A DNA stretch of 64,000 nt, from assembly GCA_036679645.1 (NCBI GenBank), contig JAZDCY010000076.1, positions 1 to 64,000 of the forward strand, read 5' to 3'. Every line of letters begins with the position of its first letter. Position 1 is the stretch's first letter. The DNA comes from Gemmatimonadota bacterium. Its GTDB lineage: Bacteria; Gemmatimonadota; Gemmatimonadetes; Gemmatimonadales; GWC2-71-9. This document shows positions 58,056 through 64,000 of the stretch, in pieces. A program made the translations under genes and the position numbers. A model generated the notes under the pieces. The model was not told the origin of the DNA. It searched no databases and saw nothing but the letters and a program-made list of their open reading frames with translations.

Positions 58056-60722
58056 GTGACCCCCGACCCCCACCAACCGCTGCGCGACGACGTCCGCCTG
58101 CTGGGATCCATCCTCGGCGACACGCTGAGGCAGCTCGAGGGCAAGGAGGCCTTTCAGGCGGTCGAGTGCGTGCGCGCGCTCGCGAAGGGCGCCCGTCAGG
58201 GCAGCGTGGAAGATCAAGAGGCCCTCGAGCGCCAGCTGACCGCACTTCCGGTGCCGGCGGCCCGGACAGTCGCCCGCGCGTTCGCCCACTTCCTGACACT
58301 CGCGAATATCGCGGAGCAACACCATCGCGTCCGCCGCCGGCGCGACTACCAGCGGAACCCGGATGCGCCACCCCAACGCGGCTCGTTCGAGGAAACGCTG
58401 GGGCGCCTGCGTGCAGCGGGTGTATCGATCACCGACCTGAACGAGACGGTGCGCCGGCTGGAGGTCGAGTTGGTCCTCACCGCGCACCCAACCGAAGCCG
58501 TGCGGCGCACGCTCCGCCAACAACACCATCGTATCGCTCGACTTCTCGCCCGTGGCGACCGCACCGATCTCACGCCGGCGGAACGCGATGATGTTGTGGA
58601 AGGACTCCGGCGTGAGGTGGCCGTCGGGTGGGAGACGGACGAGGTCCGGCATGAGCGGCCGACGCCCTTGGACGAGGTAAAATGGGGGCTCGTCGCGTTC
58701 GAGCAAACCCTGTGGGACGCCGTGCCGCAGACCCTCCGTACTCTCGACCGGGCGCTCGGCGATGTGGCTGATGACGGATTACCGGTCGAGGCGGCACCTA
58801 TCCGATTCGGTTCCTGGATTGGCGGCGACCGCGACGGCAACCCGTTCGTGACACCCGCGATCACTCGTGAAGCGTGCCTGCTAGCCCGCTGGATGGCCGC
58901 CGATCTGTATCACGAGGAGATCTCGGCTTTGCGCGCCGAACTGTCGATGCGGCACGCCAGCACGGAACTGATGGATCATGTCGGCGGCGCTCCAGAGCCG
59001 TACCGCGCGTTGCTGCGGGGTGTCTGCGAGCGACTGGCGCTGACACGCGAGACAATCGAACGCGAACTCGACGGCGAAGTGCACGACGCACACGCCGACG
59101 CGTATTGGGACCGCGAGGACCTCGCCGAACCGCTGCGGTTGTGTTTCCGCTCACTCGAGGAGATGGGTGCAGGTGTCGTTGCACGCGGTCGACTGCTCGA
59201 TCTGCTGCGCCGCGTCGCGTGTTTTGGGCTCACGCTGGTGCGACTCGATCTCCGTCAAGAAGCGACTCGACACGCCGAGGCGATCGACGCTATCTGTCGC
59301 CGGCTCGAGGGGACATCTGAACCATCGTACGCGGATTGGGATGAGTCCGTGCGGCAGGCCTTCCTGTGCGGGCAGCTCGAGAACGGATGTCGTGACGTGG
59401 CGGTGCTGTTCGCGTCCACGGATGAGTTCGAGGAACCGGTGCGCGACGTGCTCGACACGTTCCGCGTGGCCGCTTCGTTGCCGTCCCGATCCCTCGGCGC
59501 CTACGTGATCTCGATGGCGGCTCAGCCGTCCGACGTGTTGGCGGTGGAGATGCTCCAAATGGCGGCCGGGATCGATCCGCCTCTCCGAGTGGTACCGCTC
59601 TTTGAAACCGTTGATGACCTGCGCGGTGCCGGCGAATCCGTGTCCCGCCTGTTGGCCGTTGCCTGGTACCGCAACCGCATTGCAGGCCGGCAAGAGATCA
59701 TGCTGGGGTATTCTGACTCAGCGAAAGATGGCGGCCGCCTCGCGGCTTCGTGGGAACTGTATCGCGCACAAGAGGCGATCGTCATCGCGTGCCGTGCGGC
59801 TGGCGTGCACCTCACGCTCTTTCATGGACGGGGTGGCTCCGTCGGGCGCGGAGGCGGACCCACGCACCTTGCTGTCAAATCTCAGCCGCCAGGCTCGGTC
59901 GATGCGACGCTCCGCGTGACGGAGCAGGGAGAAATGATCGATGCCAAGTTCGGTCTGCCGGGCATTGCGGTGCGCTCGCTGGAGCTCTACCTGACCGCCA
60001 CGCTCGAGGCGACGTTGCTGCCGGTGACGAGCCCGGAACCGGCGTGGTGCGCGTTGGCCGACGAGATGGCGCAAGCGTCACGCGACGCCTACCGGCACGT
60101 CGTCTACGAGAGCCGTGAGTTTCTGGAGTACTTCCGTGCCGCGACACCGGAACGCGAGCTGGCGCATCTGAACATCGGCAGTCGCCCCGCCCGCCGGGAC
60201 GGTGGTACGGGCGTCGGGTCTCTGCGTGCCATCCCATGGGTGTTTGCATGGACACAAACACGGTTGATGTTGCCGGCATGGCTCGGTGTTGGTGCTGCCC
60301 TTGGCAGCGCTATAGATGCCGGCCAGTTGGCTACGCTGCAGCGCATGTATCGCGAGTGGCCCTTCTTCCAGTCCACGCTCGATCTGATCGAGATGGTGTT
60401 GGCCAAGGCGTCACCCGATATCACCGCACGATACGATGAGCGCCTCGTCCCGCAGGAACTCGCGAGTGTGGGCGTCGAGTTGCGGGAGCGGCTCCGCCAC
60501 ACGACGGAGGCGCTGCTGGCAGTGACGGGGCACACGACGCTCGTGGAACACAATCCCGTATTACGCCGGTCCATCGACGTGCGGAATCCCTATGTCGATC
60601 CCATCAACATCGTGCAGGCTGAGATTCTCTGCCGGCTACGCGCGGGTGAGACGCCCGAGCTGATCGAGGCGCTATCGGTGTGCGTCAACGGCATCGCGGC
60701 GGGCATGCGGAATACGGGGTAG
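58056..60722 (+). CDS. ppc: Phosphoenolpyruvate carboxylase
   Basis: VLTAHPTE, GGDRDGNP, MLGYSDSAKD, FHGRGGSVGRGG, LRAIPW and MRNTG. Confidence 0.97.
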   Translation: MTPDPHQPLRDDVRLLGSILGDTLRQLEGKEAFQAVECVRALAKGARQGSVEDQEALERQLTALPVPAARTVARAFAHFLTLANIAEQHHRVRRRRDYQRNPDAPPQRGSFEETLGRLRAAGVSITDLNETVRRLEVELVLTAHPTEAVRRTLRQQHHRIARLLARGDRTDLTPAERDDVVEGLRREVAVGWETDEVRHERPTPLDEVKWGLVAFEQTLWDAVPQTLRTLDRALGDVADDGLPVEAAPIRFGSWIGGDRDGNPFVTPAITREACLLARWMAADLYHEEISALRAELSMRHASTELMDHVGGAPEPYRALLRGVCERLALTRETIERELDGEVHDAHADAYWDREDLAEPLRLCFRSLEEMGAGVVARGRLLDLLRRVACFGLTLVRLDLRQEATRHAEAIDAICRRLEGTSEPSYADWDESVRQAFLCGQLENGCRDVAVLFASTDEFEEPVRDVLDTFRVAASLPSRSLGAYVISMAAQPSDVLAVEMLQMAAGIDPPLRVVPLFETVDDLRGAGESVSRLLAVAWYRNRIAGRQEIMLGYSDSAKDGGRLAASWELYRAQEAIVIACRAAGVHLTLFHGRGGSVGRGGGPTHLAVKSQPPGSVDATLRVTEQGEMIDAKFGLPGIAVRSLELYLTATLEATLLPVTSPEPAWCALADEMAQASRDAYRHVVYESREFLEYFRAATPERELAHLNIGSRPARRDGGTGVGSLRAIPWVFAWTQTRLMLPAWLGVGAALGSAIDAGQLATLQRMYREWPFFQSTLDLIEMVLAKASPDITARYDERLVPQELASVGVELRERLRHTTEALLAVTGHTTLVEHNPVLRRSIDVRNPYVDPINIVQAEILCRLRAGETPELIEALSVCVNGIAAGMRNTG

Positions 60723-60821
60723 CAGGGATCTTCGTGGATTCGGTGCTCGGACGCGGGGTTTCGCCTATGCGACAGCTGAGCGTACCTTGCATGATAGGCC
60801 GGACGTCGCAAGGAGCGTTGC

Positions 60822-61337
60822 GTGCCGGTCACGGCCAAATTCTCGAAAGAGTTCTACGACAAGCTCGGCCATAAGGTGGCGGACGAGCTGGTGGACTGGT
60901 TCAACACCGTGGACGCGACATACAGATCGGATTTCAAAGACCTTTTTGCCGCCCACTTCGGGCGGCTCGACGCCAAGCTGGAACAGCGGTCGGCGGAGCT
61001 GCGAGCCGAATTCCGCACCACGATGAAGCAGCTCGACGCCAAGTTGGATCAGCGGATTGCTGAACTCCGTTCCTATGTCGATATCCGCTTCGCTGCCATT
61101 GAGAGTAGGCTCGAGCAGCTGGGAATCGAACTCAGGGCCTATGTGGATACGCGTTTCGCGGCACTGGAGAGCAAGATCGAGCAGCAGGTGACGGAACTCA
61201 GGGCCTATGTGGATACGCGTTTCGCCGAGCAGAACAGCAAGATCGAGCAGCGCTTGGGCCAGCTCGAGACCAGGATGATCCGCTGGATGTTCGTGTTCTG
61301 GGCGGGGACGGTTGGAACCCTCGTCGCGTTGCTCTAG
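60822..61337 (+). CDS. Coiled-coil protein with C-terminal anchor (DUF1640/CCDC90-like)
   Basis: Heptad repeats, 66-bp tandem repeats at 61062/61128/61194, and an 'IRWMFVFW' tail. Confidence 0.75.
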   Translation: MPVTAKFSKEFYDKLGHKVADELVDWFNTVDATYRSDFKDLFAAHFGRLDAKLEQRSAELRAEFRTTMKQLDAKLDQRIAELRSYVDIRFAAIESRLEQLGIELRAYVDTRFAALESKIEQQVTELRAYVDTRFAEQNSKIEQRLGQLETRMIRWMFVFWAGTVGTLVALL

Positions 61338-61340
61338 TCG

Positions 61341-61766
61341 CTACCCCGCGCCGGTCTCCCGCCGCCGTTTGAGCCACGCGTCGATACTGAACGACCCCGC
61401 TCCCCACGCGGCAAAGAACAACCACAGGAATGCGTAGACCATCACCAACTCACCGCGGTTGGCCCACCAGAACATCTCGCCCGAGCGCCCCCAATGCATC
61501 CAGAAGTAGGCCACCGCCATCTCGCCCGACGCGATGAAAGCCAGCGGACGCGTGAACAGACCCAGAACGATCGCCAGACCCGCCACCACTTCAATGATTC
61601 CTGCGGCGCCGAACCGTGTCATCAACTCGACCGTCCCGCTCTGGCCAAACCCACCGAACCACCCAAAGAGCTTCTGTGCGCCATGTGAGAGATACGCGAG
61701 TCCCACCGCAATCCGGAGCGCGTTGTGAGCGATCGAGCGGAATCTCTCGTCGATACCGTCAGTCAT
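61341..61766 (-). CDS. DoxX family membrane protein
   Basis: 'LRIAVG...HGAQKLFG' and 'GLFTRP.AFIASGEMAVAYF..H'. Confidence 0.9.
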   Translation of the reverse strand: MTDGIDERFRSIAHNALRIAVGLAYLSHGAQKLFGWFGGFGQSGTVELMTRFGAAGIIEVVAGLAIVLGLFTRPLAFIASGEMAVAYFWMHWGRSGEMFWWANRGELVMVYAFLWLFFAAWGAGSFSIDAWLKRRRETGAG

Positions 61767-61807
61767 CGTGTCTCCTCGAGAGCAAGAAAGGGACACGCCT
61801 TCCCGCC

Positions 61808-62359
61808 CTAGTTGAAATTCACCTGCGGTACAGCCTGCGCCCCCTCTTCCGCCGCGAAGTACTCGCGGGCTGACGCGCCGGTCATCTTTGCCGTGAGCAC
61901 CTGCGGGAACCTCCGGATGTATCCGTTGTACTCCCGGACCGCGGTATTGTAGTCCTGCCGGGCGACGGAGATACGATTCTCCGTTCCCTCGAGTTGATCC
62001 TGCAGCATCCGGAAGTTCTCGTTGGACTGAATCTCGGGGTTGTCCTCGGCGATCGCGATGAGACGACCCAACGCGCCAGACAACGCCACGTTTGCCGTAG
62101 CCATCTGGGCTAGATCGCCGCTCTGCACAGCACCACCCAACGCCGCGCGCGCGTTGGCGAGGGTCTCGAAGATCCCTGTCTCCTGCGCAGCGAATGCCTT
62201 CACCGTCTCGACCAGGTTCGGGACCAAATCCGCGCGGCGCTGTAGCTGCACCTCGATCTGACTCTTGAACCCGTTGACCTGCTCGTCGAGCGTCTGGATG
62301 CGGTTGTATCCGCACCCCGACAACACGAGCGCGATACCGACAAATGCCAACCTCTTCAT
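61808..62359 (-). CDS. lemA: LemA family protein
   Basis: LSGCGYN, QRRADLVPNLV and QLEGTENRISVAR. Confidence 0.95.
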   Translation of the reverse strand: MKRLAFVGIALVLSGCGYNRIQTLDEQVNGFKSQIEVQLQRRADLVPNLVETVKAFAAQETGIFETLANARAALGGAVQSGDLAQMATANVALSGALGRLIAIAEDNPEIQSNENFRMLQDQLEGTENRISVARQDYNTAVREYNGYIRRFPQVLTAKMTGASAREYFAAEEGAQAVPQVNFN

Positions 62360-62480
62360 ACGGTACTCCTTAATTGTAGTCGCTCTACTAGCCTCTCATC
62401 GCGATGCCATTTGGGACGGATCCGATCCGCGCTTGCACGAGACCCGATGACAGCTTTCCCATCGATCGGATCTGCGGCCG

Positions 62481-63191
62481 TCACATCTTGTCTACGTAAT
62501 CGACGAACTGCTCGATCGCTTCCAGGTACCGCGCCCCGAGCGCATCGTGCGCCGCGAGATCGGGCCGCTTCTCCCCTGCCAATCGCGCCAGAATCCAGTC
62601 AAAAACCGCAGCATCAAACCCGACCGTGTCGGCCGTTGTGGCAACGAGGTCACGGTGTTGTTGCACCTCTCCCCCCTTGCGGCGCACGAGGGCTCGGAAC
62701 AGGACAAAAAACGTCTTCGCCGAGCTGAGCAGAAGCCCGCCTAGCCACTTGCCGTTCGAGGCGACGGCGACGTACTCCGCGCGCAATTGCACGAGCTTCC
62801 CGCGTGCCTCGCGCTCCAACTCGTGGCGGATGTGCTCAGGCTTTGTAGCGATACCGTCGAACGGATCGTCGCCGCGCAACAGCAAGTGAGCTTCACGCAT
62901 GTCTTCCAATTCAATCGGGAAGACGTCCGTGGAGTCCCGCCAGCCACGCTCGGAGAAGATCACCGGAGGTGGCTGGCCGGACTTGACCCACTTTGCGACT
63001 ACGTCGCCCAACGGCCGGAGGCTCGTCGCCGACGTATCCTTCAAGATCAGGATCAGGTTGACGTCCGACCGCTTGCCGTCATGGTCGCCGCGCGCTGCGG
63101 AGCCTCGCACCAGGAGCGCGGCGAGGTTGTCGCTGGCTGCGCGCTCGATCTGCACCGCGATCGACTCCATCGTTGCATTGAGTTTTGCCAT
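62481..63191 (-). CDS. Nucleotidyltransferase-domain protein of the LemA/TPM cluster
   Basis: 'GSAARGD....SDVN' and 'DVFPIE..DM'. Confidence 0.8.
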   Translation of the reverse strand: MAKLNATMESIAVQIERAASDNLAALLVRGSAARGDHDGKRSDVNLILILKDTSATSLRPLGDVVAKWVKSGQPPPVIFSERGWRDSTDVFPIELEDMREAHLLLRGDDPFDGIATKPEHIRHELEREARGKLVQLRAEYVAVASNGKWLGGLLLSSAKTFFVLFRALVRRKGGEVQQHRDLVATTADTVGFDAAVFDWILARLAGEKRPDLAAHDALGARYLEAIEQFVDYVDKM

Positions 63192-64000
63192 CTAGAAACT
63201 CCCTCCGGCGCCACCGCCGCCAAAGCCGCCGCCGCCGCCAAAACCGCCGAATCCGCCGCCGCCAAAGCCCCCGCCTCCAAAGCCGCCACCGCCGCGGTGC
63301 CGCCCGCTGCTACTCAGCAGCGCAAGAAGAATCCAGCCCATCCCGCTGGAGCGGTATCCGTGGCGCCCGCGAGACATCGCAGCCCCACGGAGCAACGGCA
63401 TGCCAAAGATGAAAAACAGGACGAACGCCACGCCCAGGAGTGACCCGAATCCCGAACCGCCGCTGCCCCGCGAACGGAGCCGCACGGGTGGTGTGGACTG
63501 ACCCGTGAGCTCAAAACCGAACTCCTCGGCGTACGCAGCCGCGAGGAGCTGCACACCCGCCAGGAGACCCGCGCCGAAGTCGCCTTGATCTACCGCGACA
63601 CGTCCGATGACATCGCGGATCTGACCCGCGCGCGCATCGGTCACGAAACCCTCCGTCCCCGTCCCCGTCGCGATCTGAATATCTGATTTGCCGTCGCCCG
63701 GTCGGTCCCCAGGTATCAGGAGTAGGACCACACCGGTATTGCGTGCGCGATCGCCGGCGGCGCCCTGGGCGCCGACGCGCCACTCCCGTCCGAGTGTCAC
63801 GGCCACCTCGAGCGGGGAGCGCCCCTCCAGATCGTTCAGCGTCACGACCACGATCTCCCCGCGCGACTTCTGCCGCACCTCTTGGATCACGGTGAGCATC
63901 CGGCCCTCGATCGCCGGCTCGATGACCTCGGCGAAATCGTTGACGAACCCCACCGGCTGGGGGACCTGGAACTGGAGCGACGCCAACAGTAAGAGCAGCA
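63192..64000 (-). CDS. TPM-domain (YgcG-like) protein, 5'-partial
   Basis: 'GFVNDFAEVI', 'EIVVVT', a TM segment and a Gly-rich GGGFGG tail. Confidence 0.9.
   Translation of the reverse strand, partial: LLLLLASLQFQVPQPVGFVNDFAEVIEPAIEGRMLTVIQEVRQKSRGEIVVVTLNDLEGRSPLEVAVTLGREWRVGAQGAAGDRARNTGVVLLLIPGDRPGDGKSDIQIATGTGTEGFVTDARAGQIRDVIGRVAVDQGDFGAGLLAGVQLLAAAYAEEFGFELTGQSTPPVRLRSRGSGGSGFGSLLGVAFVLFFIFGMPLLRGAAMSRGRHGYRSSGMGWILLALLSSSGRHRGGGGFGGGGFGGGGFGGFGGGGGFGGGGAGGSF

Noticed and set aside
1207..62315. Long antisense or alternate-frame ORFs (e.g. 1207-2232, 16952-18181, 27039-27920, 39183-40133, and the 5' extension of 61341-62315)
   Set aside because: They are shadows of real genes in GC-rich DNA and have no recognisable motifs.
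61808..64000. LemA-NTase-TPM cluster as a new system or part of the TA-NTase set
   Set aside because: LemA-TPM linkage is a familiar conserved neighbourhood, and this NTase has no kinase remnant or antitoxin-like partner.
1..64000. tRNA, rRNA, transposase, integrase or prophage genes
   Set aside because: None recognised by eye; a tRNAscan/Rfam/HMM run would be needed to exclude them.

Overview
GC-rich bacterial chromosomal window. The lineage is inferred to be Gemmatimonadota-like, based on the '[21 protein letters not shown]' Ser/Thr kinase family, a GWxTD protein, a split F0 atp operon and a LemA-NTase-TPM cluster. Ordinary genes include MFS, POT and ABC transporters, two MacAB-type exporters, M1 and S9 peptidases, a truncated haemoglobin, a sigma54 two-component system facing a porin plus di-haem cytochrome c, MoxR, atpZIBEFH, an ABC-F ATPase, ppc, DoxX and LemA. 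The most unusual feature is the eukaryotic-type Ser/Thr kinase (eSTK) loci at about 28.4-32.1 kb and 48.8-55.9 kb. There, full-length kinases alternate with at least seven short remnants of a kinase 5' end, most broken in the Gly-rich loop. Between them sit REP-like hairpin clusters and small toxin-antitoxin-type modules (three NTase pairs, VapBC, Uma2), many chained by NTGA start/stop overlaps. This looks like a cassette-like array, but no recombinase is visible in the window. Also notable are a HipA kinase with a long AbiEi/Fic-type N-terminal extension and no hipB, three matching ECF (sigmaW-like) promoters before exporter operons, a five-copy hairpin array after atpH, and about ten short deletions or fusions that may be real decay or assembly error. 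No rRNA, tRNA, CRISPR array, integrase or transposase was recognised. All family calls come from motif recognition by eye, not database searches.
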